DNA of 64,000 bases. It comes from Daphnia carinata (lineage: Eukaryota). Position 1 is the stretch's first letter. Each line of letters begins with the position of its first letter. The position numbers and the translations under genes were made by a program. The notes beneath the pieces were generated by a model. The model was not told the DNA's origin. It did no database searches and saw only the letters and a list, made by a program, of their open reading frames with translations. Shown in pieces: positions 1-13,447 of the stretch. The stretch covers positions 1,612,001-1,676,000 of the forward strand of contig NC_081334.1 in the NCBI RefSeq assembly GCF_022539665.2. The letters are read 5' to 3'.

Positions 1-1098
1 TGACATGAATTGCATGATTATTATGTAAATCGCACGCGCCGCTATCCCGAAATCGAATGATGCCAGCAGATACCTTTTTGAAGGCTCCCTTTCACGTTGT
101 TTTTGTTTCACAAAAAAAAAAAATTGTTTTGGCTGTAGAAAGTGAAACGGTTGCACTGGCTGCATGATAGTCAATTTTTGGATCTCGATTTCCCGTCTGA
201 ATACCCTACTGTATATTGCATACATGTAGTTTAGAGCTATTTCTAATGGAAATGGCCTTCTAATCGAGGCCATTCCTTATCGCCGCCCTCAATGTGTTGA
301 TATCTTACTACAAGTACTCGGATAAAATGATTATTAGGTTTAGGCAACAAGTGCCAACAAAATGTCTTCAGTCCCATTGTCCTACAGCTAAAGGGTTAAA
401 TTATATACTTCGTTGCAGAACCCATAATTTCAAATTTCGAACGCCTAGGGAAACGTGTACAGAAATAAACAATCAATTTTCTTGCAAGAAAAAATTATAA
501 TAAGTTCAGTGATTGCTAGCTTTTAATGTTTCTTCTAAAATGCCACAAATTTCATGCAAATTTAATAAAGTTAAGAGTAAAATAGCCATCGAAAAGCTAA
601 TCTTCGGATTCAAAACATTTGCTGTCGTCTGCTGGCCACGAAACTTGTTCGAAAATTTCCATAAAACGTGGAAATTTTATGTTTGTCTCTTCTTGTGAAA
701 TCGTGTTTACTTCAGAGATTAGTGATAGAATCCACTCGCTTATTGAAGTAATTTAAAACTATAATATCAGATCACATCATCCGTATTCAAGTAGGTACTC
801 TTATTATTCTTAACATGAAATGTCCATAAACAGACTGAAACAGACGCTGACTGTAAATGACATAAAGTTTGCTTCAGGAATGTATGTAATATTCATGGAC
901 CATTGATGGCAATTCCGATCAAACTTGTAGAGTAGTTGTTTTTGCCAGTTGTTCGGTGTTCTTATAATCGAATGTACTTTAAAACCAAGAGCTTCATTTC
1001 TGTCATCTTTTTTTTGCATGTACTAGGCTATGTTCCAAGAGGGATCTATTGAAGTTCCTGTACATCATTTTAGATTCCCAGTTTAGAAAAGCTGCCCC

Positions 1099-4000
1099 AT
1101 GATGATGGGTAATTCCAAATCGAACCACTCAGGTGAAAATGAACCTTCTAAATCCAAAAGCCCTGATAAGCGAAACACAGCCAGCACTCATAAGACATCC
1201 AAAAATAAAAATTTGAATAAGCACAATCAAGACCAACACCAGCACGAGGAATTTTCCAGACATGCCAATACTGTTTCTAGTAATAATGGCTCTGCCTCAA
1301 AATCTTCAGAGTTACAATTGACTCGGCGACCACTAAGAAATAATTCAAGCAAAGAACCATACGAAACAGTTAATGCTGAACCAAATCATGTTCCATTGCT
1401 GGTTCCAAAAAAAGAAAATCCAGATTTTCATAGTGAAACAGTTTATCACATTTCAAGAGATCCTCGCATGACAGAAAATCCGATTCTGGATCATGCTGAC
1501 GACACGATTGATGATACTTCTAACGAAGCGTTTGATCAGAATTTAAGAAATGACTCCTCAGCACCCGCTGAACCTGTTCTCGATTTTCTTGTCGATGTCA
1601 ACATTGAACACGTAAAAAATGAAATCGATGAACTCGGCCTTACAGATAGCAGCGATTGGAAATCCAGGTTTTTAAATGGAAGAAACACCAACACAGAAGA
1701 AGGTGAAAAAAACTCCGATAACACTGGCTACGTTCGAATAAAAACAGAGCCGATCGAAGACCATGTGTTGCCCACTTCTGAACCGATTGAAGATGATCGT
1801 TGCTCTGTTGACTCGGGTTCTACCGTGGGTCTTCCTTCTCCTGAAAGAGCTTCTCCAACTCCATCGTGTCCTTCACCAATGCCTAATGAAGATAACCAGG
1901 CTAAGGTTGATCTAGAAGATTATACAACACTGAAAATCCCTCCGAATGGACAAGCAATCTCACCAGAACTTAAAAATGGCAAAACAGGTGTAGATTCAGT
2001 ATCAAAAAATGACTTTCCAATTGCCGAAGACTCGAGCACCACATACTATTCCCCACCGACAGACCTGGAGGAAGAATATCGGAAACTAGAGAGGGAAAAG
2101 ATAGCAGCCGCCTTATTAGCAAACAAGGGATACTCACGTGAAAATACAGACATATCAAGCGACGAAGAAGTTTCTGTGCCTATTGAAAGCCCTTCGAAAG
2201 CGCCAGCTTTCCACGTCGATGATTTTGGTGACGATGACGATGGCGAACAGTTCTGCGACTTTGACCAGGAAAAGGATCCTAGCTGGGCCAGCCCCAAACC
2301 TCCTGAGGATAGTAGGATAGGACAAAAGCGCTCACGTCCTACTGAGGAGGCAGCCAACGTTAATGAAACGACTGTCCCTCTTTCGAAAAAAAGTAAATTC
2401 CAGGTCCACAAATTTCCTCAAGATAATGTTGAGCCCAGTCTCCATCCTACGCCGGTTACTCCTGTGGAAATTAGTACGTCGACTTCTACCGTTTCCAGCT
2501 CTGCGGCGATCTCCAATGTTGAAACATCCACAGCCCAGCCTTCCGAAATGGATGTGGATGTCCCACTATCCCAGCCTGCCACACCCACCGATAAGAACCC
2601 TGCATCTGCCAGACCAAGAATTCCGGTATGGAATGAAAATGTAAAGACCACCGTACTGAAACTAATGCACATCTTGCGGTTTTTTTTTAAATAGGTTAAA
2701 TTAACAACTACTAACCGAGCTTCAATGATGGTTGAAGATTACCTAAATTCGGCTAATGTTAACGCTGCTAAAGTACCGAACAGGCGGGCTGGTACGCCAT
2801 CAAAAACTACTTCAAAACCGAAGAAAACCACTAGTAGCGGGAGGTCTACTCCTTCTCGCCCAGTTGACCTGGAATTTTCGGAGAGCGTTGCCGACAATCA
2901 TGGCATCACCGAAGAGAGTCCACGACAACAAAACCTTGTTGCGTTAACGTCAAGTGCGCGAGATCCACGTCAGAGAAAAAAAGAAAACGAAACGTCTTCT
3001 ACGGACCAAGCCAGTAAGTCGCCCAATACAATCTCAAATTTGAGTCTCACCCTCAAAAACCGAATACTCATGCGAGTACTGAAAAGGTGGCAGTACAAAT
3101 GGATTGAGGTAAATTCGCTGCAACATCGTACACATTTTACGGCTATAATTATTTCATTTTTCTGTTTAGCAACAAGCCAACAACAATGAACCTCCCAAAT
3201 TGCTTGAAGAGGATAAAAATTTTCCACAGGAAATTCCAAAGTTGTCCTGCGTTCCAGTATTGACCAAGTATGGCGACCTACAATCCTACTATGACGTCTT
3301 TCATCCGCTCATTCTGCACGAAATGTGGTCGAGTTTAGTCGTCAAGAACAAGGAAATTAAGGAGAAAAATTACACGGAATGGAAATGTCTGACTGAGACA
3401 TTAACTGAAGAAGGCGCGTTTGTTCTTCTGCGCTGCGTTATGATTCTGGAATATGAGAGAGAAGTTCCAATAGCGAATGATTTAGTCGTAATAACATTGG
3501 CCCATCCTAAAGCAGAATTCATTCATCCGTTTGGCTTTGTAGAGAGTTCCAAAACAATCAAACTTTCCAAAACAGCCAATGTAGACCAAGTGCTAATGCC
3601 TAAAGACAAATCAAAAGCCAATTATTCGGCTGAAGTCCTTATTCGACTCGCGAAGAACTTTGCACCGATTTATGCTCCAGGACAGAAGAACATAATTGGC
3701 ACAATGGCGAAAGTTGCATCGTTGGCTACGTTTATTGACCTGTTTCATGCTCAAGCTGCTTTAAACTTTTCTGCCATTCGCGATATCATCCTCCATCCTC
3801 GACCATTTGCCTTTCAATTGATGCACAGCCAAAGGCTTTTCCAGGTGGACTATTTGGATCCCTTGCAAACGGAGGCGTATCTTTCAATCGGACAAACTAT
3901 GCTAATTACACCAAATAACCAACCGAAAATTGCCCTTCTCCAAGGATTTCCGGGTAACTTTACTGGGGTCTCTGCTTACCTCTAGAAACAAATAAGTAAA

Positions 4001-5905
4001 TTTGTTAGTTGACATAAATTTTTATTAGGTACCGGAAAAACACACGTGGCAGTCCACATAATCAACCATTTGCTTAGTCACAAGCTTCATGATATTCGTC
4101 CGAAAATTCTTTATTGCGCTCCCACACATGCAGCCGTTGACGAAATGACCAGACGCTTGGTCAATATGAACAGACGCATGGAGCATAATGCCCGCTTCGA
4201 TGGTAAAGGCACTAAACATCCTAAAGAGAAACTGCTTCCGTAATTATTTTTTGTTTTTATGATCAATTTTTCAGTTCTACGGATGGGTACGTGGGCAAGA
4301 CTTCATACGGACATTAAGGAAGCGACCCTGGAAGACAAGTTGATGAGATTGCGGGCACGTATCAAGCAAGAAAATCCTGCGCGGAAGGAAGTTCGTACTC
4401 TCGAAGAAAAATTGCTTCTCCTACAAAATCTTAAGCAATCCATCTTGAAAGAGCTTAATCAAGATGTATGAATGTTCTTGTTAAATGGTGAGTCTGAACA
4501 TTAATGCAAGTTTTGTTTGAATTTTTTTTAGTCACATTCCATCCAAAGAATTAAAGAATTGGAACAGAAACTGGAAGAGGTAACTGATGAGATAGAAACA
4601 GCAACAATTTTATTGGAAGAAACCCAAAAAGTTCAAGAAGAGAAAGTAGAAAAAGACCTTCAAGATCACAAACACCTAACCATTTCTCAGGCGGATGTCA
4701 TTTGCACCACTTTAGAAACATGCTGTGACACAGACATGCAAAACATTTTCCTTGGGTATCTATTTACGTTTAACGTTAATCCTTTCCGTTCCATAAATAA
4801 TGAAACATTTGTCTTTATAACACAGCCGAAAACCAGATGGTAGCGGGAAAACGCCTAGACCATTTCTCTGCTGCATTATAGATGATGCTTCCTTGTGTAC
4901 GGAACCCCAAACATTGATGCCATTAAGTTTGGGGATAAAGAAGCTAATTCTTGTTGGGGATGTTGAGCTTGCACCATTCACCCTCAATTCATCAGTATTT
5001 TCACTGTACTTAATTCAGCACATACATAGTTTTTAACAAATTCTTCTTCATTCGCAGGTGGCCAAACAATCACGACTAGATCAATCGTTATTCAGTCGTT
5101 TTCATTCATTTGTGAGTTCGGAATGCAACGAAAACGAGCGCATGATCTTCTCGCTGAATATGCAACATCGCATGGACTATGAAATCTGTCAGTGGACTTC
5201 AAAGTACTATTATGGAAACCGGTTGCTGACGTCTGCTGCATTGAAGTTAAATACTTCGTTACATGCTTATAGGTAATAAGTACTATATCCCACTTTGTTA
5301 TTCAATGTGATCTAAAAATCCTTTTAAGTAGAATTTTGGATGTTAAAGACAGCGACGAGACTTCTGATGGCTCAAGCTTGGTCAACCGACCTGAGGCTGA
5401 AGTGGTCACGAAAATCGTGGAATGTCTATTGCTTTCTCCGGGTCTGAGGGACAGAACAATTGGAATTGTGACGTTTTACGAAAAACAACGTATTCTTATT
5501 CGCCATCTCATAAGAGAAAGGTTGTTAATTCATTATTTTCTATTTCATCGAAACGATAACAAAATTTTTTGTAGGATGCCGAAAGATTATGCTCGCACTG
5601 ACGTGAGATTAGTGCAAGACGTGCAAGGCACTGAAACGGATATTGTTATTATTTCTTGCGTTAGAACGAAGATTCGAGGCAGGGACAAAAATTTGGCTAC
5701 GTTAACCGAATACTGGAACGTTGCGTTAACCAGGGCAACTGAATCGTTATTCATTTGCGGACATCTCAAAACTCTGCAGACCAATGAAGTTCTAAAAGAT
5801 CTCATCTATGATGCCGACAAACGTCAAGTGATTCATCGAGTATCAAGTTTATTTGAACGTACTATGTTATACGATGTACTGCTCAAACCACCCACGTACA
5901 TGTAA
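1099..5905 (+). CDS. Senataxin/Sen1-like SF1B helicase (multi-exon), long low-complexity N-terminus, degenerate helicase motifs
   Basis: Spliced ORFs with GT-AG introns (e.g. 2641-2694). Walker A QGFPG|TGKT is split by an intron; ILYCAPTHAAVDE (motif Ia), ADVICTT, LDQSLFSR, LNMQHRMDYEI, NRPEAEVV, IGIVTFY and VALTRA follow. The pre-helicase 'Y..VFHPLILHEMW' segment is typical of Sen1/SETX. Start codon uncertain. Confidence 0.85.
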
Positions 5906-6249
5906 GCAGCAAATCTAAGATAGAAAGGTAAATATAAATTTGTAACACCGAATTCCAATGGATTTCGGTCATTTACTAGTAAGTGGGCATTAGCTTAGCC
6001 TATCGTCTTTTGAAGTCTTGTTGACTTTAAATTCATTAGTATCCAGAAGATAATTACTATTATACTACTGGAAAAGAAATTGTAGAAGATTTTTATCTTA
6101 TAACGTTTATTATTATAACAATTTTTTTTTATTCCACATTTTTTTTTTTCTATACGTAATTCCTCACTTTCTCAAGGATTCTTCTTCAACAACAACGAAA
6201 TTCAAGTAACAATTCTTAACTTTTGTTTCAGGGTTTTTCTCTAGTTGTC

Positions 6250-7940
6250 TCACCAGCTTTCAAAATCTTCTTCCGACGAACTCATTTCACCGTTTAGCGG
6301 CACTGCTTCAAATAACAACTACGCAATCGGCAGTTAGTCGCTTTTGCAAGTGTTTTACCAATATTTTATTTCGAAATTTCTTTTTTTAAGTTTTAGTACC
6401 TCGCTAAAGATGATCCATTCCTGATGGTCACGATGAAGTTTAACACGTAAACGTTGAACGGTTCCCAAAGAATGCCAGTCGATAATCCCTTCTGCTAAAC
6501 CTGATTGGTCAAATTGTCCTGCCGCATGTTGCGGTCGAAATTGTGAAATGACAAACTTAACTCAATTTACAGGTCTGCTGTACCGATAACGAGATAGTCA
6601 TCTGGGGTGACGACGAAACTTTTCATCTCCATTTCCGAAGTTGTTAGCAGAATTTCTATTGTGGCTCCAGTCAGTTTGTTTGTGGGGTATTCGAAATGGC
6701 CAGTTCCGATTTTAAATCTAAATTCCAACGCCAATTTAGAATTGAAACTGAGTTGCATAGAAATGGTCATGTCAAACTTTTTTAAAAGAACCGGTTGGTG
6801 AAATGTAAAAAGGATGGTATCTCCATTTTTGGGTGGTCTGGCCCATGCAATGCTGCCATCGTCATACAAATAGCTTAGTTTAAGCCCGAATTCATCCATG
6901 GAAGTCTCAATTGAAGCCGGAGGATTTTTGCCTGCAGACTCCTATACATTTCAATGGTACTTAAGTCAGAACGGTGGATGCTTGCATGGCATGCGTTGGC
7001 CAGGATAAATTTACTAGATTTTATATATATTTATATAGATTTTATTTAAAGATTTACTAGACATGTCATGTTGATCCTGGCAGAAGACTTCGTGCCGTAA
7101 CTGTTGCTCAGCCTATCGCTAGCCCCATCTGATTCCCGTTTGACAGGTACATCCCAGCTTGTCAACCCTTCATTCGTAGAATACTTGCCGATCGACTGTC
7201 GTAAGATATAGTTTTCTTCCTCTATCTGAAGCTTTTTTTGTTCTTCGTTTTTCAGTTGCTGATACTAATTTCAAACAACATAGAAAATCATTTCACTTTA
7301 TAGTTACAACACGTTAAAGCCTACCAATAATTCAAGATAACCCTTCATGTCGACCAATTCCACTAAAAGATTCTCTTCCTGGCTCTTTGATCTAAATGCT
7401 TCGTTAGTTGCTTGAAGATTGGCGACGTTTTCTGCCAATTGTTGTAACTGATTAGCTAACTGATTCACATGGGTGACGGTACATGCTTCTTGACGCGATC
7501 CTCCGGTCTAGGGAATGGCGATAGAATTATAGCACTGATTAGTCCTCTGTAGATGCACGTATTATAAACTGTCCTTACAAACGTAAAAGAAAATCTCAGG
7601 CCATCCAGTAATTCAAAAATAGACCGAGTAAGGGAGAAAACGTTCTCTGTAGCAGTTCGAGTTCCATTGAAGTTGGTCATCACACGAAGCGGATTTGTTA
7701 TGAGGTATTTAGTTAGATTGTTCGTGACGTTGCTTTGAACATTCCTTGCGGGTTACTGAATCAAATGAGATTAGAAAATCAAAATGAAATAGTGGGTATA
7801 TACTTAAGCATTCCATAGGATAGTCTGTATGGCGAAGATAGCAACGTCATCAGTGTTGAACTTGAGTGTTCTCGAATAACAGGGATGGTATTAAATACAT
7901 TTTCAATTGTTGCATACAGTTTCGCCATTCGTGGTGGCAT
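6250..7940 (-). CDS. Coiled-coil protein with C-terminal MGAT4 (GnT-IV)-type lectin domain, no catalytic GT54 domain seen
   Basis: Phase-compatible exons from ATG 7940 (MPPRMAKL..) through QLANQLQQLAENVANLQ.. to NPPASIETSMDEFGLKLSYLYDDGSIAWARPPKNGDTILFTFHQPVLLKKFKIGTGHFEYPTNKLTGATIEIL..DYLVIGQFDQSGLAEG..EWIIFSE. This matches the recalled MGAT4 C-terminal pattern (NPPA..W...P..GD.I.F.F..P..L..F....G..E.P..KL). 5' end uncertain. Confidence 0.65.
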
Positions 7941-9078
7941 TAAACCAACAGCTGTAAAACCTTGTAAAGATAACAGGTTGATGGAATGAGTTGCCATTGC
8001 AAGAAAACTATACGTCGACGACCCTCACGCTGCCTCTATCACACGTGCGAATCAAACGGCACTTACTTGGATAGCTGCAGCATACTTCGTTGGACTGAGA
8101 AATGCCTGCAACAATGTGTTCTCTACTATCCATCCTGTCCATCAAGAATTTCAAAACAGCACAGGAACGGAGATTAGTACTTCAATCGTTCAAGTCCCGA
8201 GCATGAAGGAACTTTGCTCCGAACTTTGTTTTTACTGCTGGATATATGTATGTGGTGATATCAACATAAGCAGCAAAGACGAGTATGCCAGTGTTCAGTT
8301 TGGGTTGTCAAGGTCGTTAGTTCATGAGACTTTGGTGCTTGGTAACTGACAATATTGCAGTTGCAAGTAGTTTAGACCTTGCACTTCAGCCTCTTACGTT
8401 TATATTACGTATCACAAGAATGTTTCCATCCATGTAATAGTAAAGCCGCTTTTATGACCAGATATTGCGTAGACACTATTCACAGAAGACAACAGGCTAC
8501 CTCTCAACACAAACGATCGAAAAAATTTGAACCCCCCTCCCCCTTCAAAAAAAGAAGGAAACTCAAAGACGAAAATTCCGCCCTTAAAATGAATGTGAGA
8601 AAGGCACTGTTACACCTTTTGTTCTCTACTTCAGAGATTTTCCAAAAGAAAATATGTCATATTCTGAGTTATATCTACAAAAAGGTCTGTTACATTTTAA
8701 AGAAATAAAGATACTTAAGTAAATAAAGGGCTGGGTTACACATTTTCACAAATTTGGGTCCTACCGCCCCCTTAATCGTCTCAAGGTTTGTGTAAATTGG
8801 GCGGTATGCGTTGGAGTAAAAATAAATGTAATTTTTTACCTTTACCAAGGAAAGGCGCTTGTAACTTAAGACTGTTCACTAAAATAACATTTTGCTATTA
8901 TGTTTGATTTTCGTTTTGATACAACAAAGGGTTCCGAGAATTATCCCCCATCTTTAATAACACGTGTTAAAAATACAGTGGTCTAGCTCAAACGTAGATG
9001 GCGTTTGAATACGAAGCAAAACGTCAACATTTAAGTGTGAAATTAGGTTTCTCACTGTTTCTTTAATTTCAAGCAAGC

Positions 9079-12000
9079 ATGGAATCGGGATTGAAAAAGG
9101 GTCCGAAGAAGATAGAAATATCATCAAGCTCGGTAAATGTTCATTACTCTCAATATATATGAAACAAATTCAGGTGAACAGTTTTCGTACATTAAATAGT
9201 TGGTTGCCTTGAAAGCCGAGTTACTGAACAAACAAAGCCAAATTCAAAAGGTAAAACAAGATGGGTTTCAAACCATTAGGAATCGATCGACAAAAAAAAC
9301 AGCAGTTGTAAAACAGAATAGTGGTGTTGAAGCTCGAGCTAAGCGTGATGAAGAACAAAAAGATGAAGATCAGCCAACTTTAGATAAGGTAAAAATTTTT
9401 GGTAATATAGCTTGTTATTATTAGCCTTTCATATTGTTTCTTATTGTTATTGATTTAAAAATTATACAAGTTACATTTTGTTTTCAGTCAAGAGTTATAC
9501 TTGAGGAGAAGGCCAAGCTATATGAACGACTATCCAGAGACAAAGCTCTTTTAGATGAAGAAACAATTTCTGAAGATCAGTCATTCTTTCTTGTAGACTT
9601 CCAACAAAAAGTCGTTCAACACACTATTACAGAAAGGCAAACCCAGAAAGTAAAGTCAAGTAATGTCCAAGAAGAAACCTCCTCATCTGATGAAGCGGGA
9701 GAGAAAGAATACACAGCTGCTAATCCAGATGAAGAATGGTAATTCCAACTCATGTATGGAGATGAATCTACTAGTTCTTGTTCACCGTCCATATTAATAT
9801 TTGCAGGGTTGACTATGTGGACTCATTCGGGCGAACTAGAAGATGCCTCAAAAAAGATTTAGCTGTTTTTCAGCAACGGGATGCAGAGCTTAACAAGCAG
9901 CCAGTTGCCTCACCAACATCTACTTCATATGGAAATTTCGTGCCTTCTAGCGAACAAAATTCCGGTGAGGATCCCCAGAACATATCAGGTCTAGACGAAG
10001 AAGCCCGGAAACGTCAGCGACAACTGTGGGAAGAAGAAGAGGAGAAAAATAGACAGAAAAATAAAGTGCACTATCAAGACATCCTTTATCAAGGTAGGGT
10101 CATTTACTCTACCAATTAAAAACAATTGATAGACAAACTAGAAACCAACGTTTACAAAGCATGACTGTATTTGTTTCCATTCGCCTGGTTGTATCAACGT
10201 GAGGTTAAAGTTAGCCAATTAATTTCCCGTCGTTACAAACAGAAGTTGATGGATTTTGAACCAGTTAGTTAACATTTGTACATTTTGTCGATAAAGATTA
10301 GTCCGATTTAAAAAAATTGTATGGAAGAGTATAACATCAGTAACGATGACAACACCGACCAACAGTCTGATTGACGTTTCTTCGATTCCGATTTGGCTGG
10401 ATCTTTTGGTCGCAATCGTGGCGTTGTATGGTACGGTTCATCAGCCGGACTAGTACTTAAAGTAGCAATGGTTGTGGATTCCGTCATTTGCATAGTAGAG
10501 CCAGTTGTTGTCGTTGAAATTGTATAGTTTTGCATATTGCAGCGGTTTGTTTTACAATAGCAATACTTCACACGATTGGCAGTTTTACAGTCGTCAACTG
10601 AAATTTTGGAACAGGTTTTAGCAGTCCATTCTTCTGAAAAGGACGACATAACGTAAAGGTCATGAGTTCCCTGTTTCCAACTCCAAAAATTGATGCGTAT
10701 CTAGTGAATATCTTATATGGAGCGAACCGGTCATTTCACATAACATTTATAAGGTCATCGTCATCTTATGGCATTCTATTACGCATAATTTTATTTAAAT
10801 TGTGACCCTATTGTAGTTCGAAATTCAGACCTACACGCAGAGTCTATGATTAATCGTACTTACTAGTTTTTTGGATGTGGCAACTCAAGCTGCCAGGCGG
10901 ACAAGTTTTTACAATAGCACTCTCATCCGATCCAATGGTTTGATTACAGCCGACCAAAGTGGATGGGTCATCGAGGAAGAGACGTTGAATCTCTTTAGCT
11001 ATGGAGGCATTCTCATCTGACGGCAGGCAGACAGCGCATTCCAAACCAAAAGCTGTCAGGAAAAAAAAAATTACAGTTTTTTAAAAATCAGGCACCCAAT
11101 TTGACTCGAGCGGTCGTTCATTTCTTGAAAAGGATTTCTATGACATGGGTGTAATGAAGTGGACAGGAAGTAGTTGTGCGTTTAAGGAAAGGGCTCTTGA
11201 CGTTAATCAACTGAAAAAGGGAGTTGAGTGAAAACACGTTTAATTCCTAGGGCCGGACGTTCGTTCAAGGATAAACTAAGCGAACCGAATTCACTTGCCT
11301 TGTCTTGTAACGCAGAAAGTGGTAGCGGCGAGTAGCAAACAACTGAAAAACCCCATAACCATTTTTTTTTCCCTTTTGTTTACGTGGGCACAGTTGCTGG
11401 TTGGACGATCCGTTCTCTGTCGCATCTATAGCTGTTCTGAGCGGCAACCGAGACAACTAGGCTCCCTTCATTGCTACAGTCGCCCTTCCGTCGTTCCTGA
11501 TTATGCTGTACACTTTGCATATCGTCGACGATGGTTGACAACAACCGGTTGCAACATGTTTTCTTTTCTCTCCGTTGTCCAGACGAAAAACATCTGGAAG
11601 ACACCTTCATGAATAGGGGTTTCTGAATAAGCGCACGAGTGCGTCACGACTTGAAGAGACCAGAACGGGTATTTTCATCCATTCTCACCTTTTAGAGTAT
11701 TTTGCTCAACTTTGTTGCTCGATCGATTCAATTCTCGCTCTCTCTATCCCCCTATCATCCCCGTTCTCTCTCTTTTTCCTCTTTCCTTTGCTGCTCTCTG
11801 CGGTTTGCATAATAGATGGGGTTTTCACTTCTGTTTTATCTCCTGCATACCTTCCGCGGACTGACGCCCACTGTCAATCGAGCTTAATTGACGGCGACAA
11901 AAGAATGAGAAAGGGATAATTGCCACTGCTACATCTGCCGAGGAAAAAAGTTCTCTATTTACCCTTTTGTGTCAGCGAGTACAAAAGCGTCGAGTGGATG

Positions 12001-13447
12001 ATATCGGGTGGAGTTCCCACGCATATCCGTTTAATTACAAGTATCAAAGGCCTTAGTTGGTGGGGAGTTCTTTTTTTTTTGCGAATATGTTTATATTTAT
12101 TTTATTCGTTTCTTTGTTGTCTTCCCACTATTCGTTCCATCGTTTTCCGTGATGAAAATTGAAAGTAACGCTTGTCCGTAGGCGGAAATTCCGTTCCATT
12201 GTTTATCACAAGGCGAATTGTTTTGTAACTTTCGAATAGCCATTCAATTCGTTACGTACGGCTAGCTAACTGTTTTCAAGTTTGTTAGTGGCATGCAGAA
12301 TTTGGAAATGTTGTTAATAGAATTTTGTCTTGATTTGATTGTTTTCGGTGTTTACAGAGGCGCGACAGCATGGTGTGGGTTTCTATTCATTTTCAAAGGA
12401 TGAAGAGGAACGTGCAAAGCAAATGGAAGAATTGGAAAGAATTAGGAAACAGACAGAGATGGCTCGCGCGCAGACGGCGCAAACTTCTTTGGATAAACAG
12501 TCAGCATTGGAAGCGCGTTTAAAAAAAGTCCGGGATCGTAAGCGACAGAAATTGGGATTACCTCCTCTCAGTAAGAAGCGTGAGATTTTAATGGGCTCTA
12601 AATGACTATAATTTGTTTATTTTTTTTTTTTTGTTATATTTGTAGAAGAAGAACCTAAACGGCTACCGACACCCTCCCCGCAGAGCCTGAAGCTCCTCCT
12701 GTCGTGGACAGTGCCAAAGAGACAGAAGATAAAATGAGAAAATTGGCTGCCGGAGGATTGCCCCAGTCTGCCAAAATCAGACCTTGGGATTTTGGCAAAG
12801 AAGGTGTTCCAGTCCCTAAGAAACCTGGTAACATATTTGTCCTATACGATAATAATGGAAACATTGCATTACACTTCTGGTATTTATTAAATACTGCAGT
12901 TATGAGTCAGCACAGCTGGGTTGAGAGGAAACGAGAAGAGCGAAAACAAGAATTTGCGCCTCCTTCCGCCTTTACGGAGAATGATACGTCAAGGCCAAGG
13001 AAGTTCGCCAAGCATCAGGAGTCGGCCACGAAAACTAATCCGATTATGAGTGAGGAGTCCATTATCGCAGGATTAGCGTTTATTAGGAAGATGCAGTTTC
13101 CCTGTCCGGGCACTCAGCCATCATCTTCCAATAAACGTGAAGAAGATATTGACGAAGAAAACGATGACAACTTAATGCCTCCCGGAGAGACGGACGATCC
13201 TCAGTTATCAGCACCTTCATCTAGATGGCGATCAGTACCCAGCCGAGGAGCCGAAATTGCACCGCCAGCTTCGATGGACTATTATAGTAACAGTTCATCC
13301 GCCACGGCACGCAGAAGTATGCCTAGCGAACGGACGAACGTTGCGGAATCTTTCAGCGCAGGCATCAGCGAGAGGAGAAACGTTGCTGGTGACAACTTGT
13401 CAACAGAAAAAGAAGCACGCCGTCCCAAGTGGGATTTCTCTGCTTGA
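9079..13447 (+). CDS. CCDC174: Coiled-coil domain-containing protein 174 homolog
   Basis: SSLVALKAEL, LEEKAKLYERL, EEW|VDYVDSFGRTRRCLKKDL, VHYQDI..EARQHGVGFYSFSKDEEERAKQMEEL, RPWDFGKE. Large intron 10094-12357. Confidence 0.85.
10308..11362 (-). CDS. Ly6/uPAR three-finger (quiver/sleepless-like) protein with Thr-rich stalk and probable GPI signal, nested antisense in CCDC174 intron
   Basis: Exons 11362-11299, 11052-10864 and 10633-10308 join in phase. They give a signal peptide MVMGFFSCLLLAATTFCVTRQAFG, then LECAVC...CYCKTNRCN (10 Cys), a T-rich stalk and a hydrophobic C-terminus WSVLSSLLMLYSSIQFF. Confidence 0.8.
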
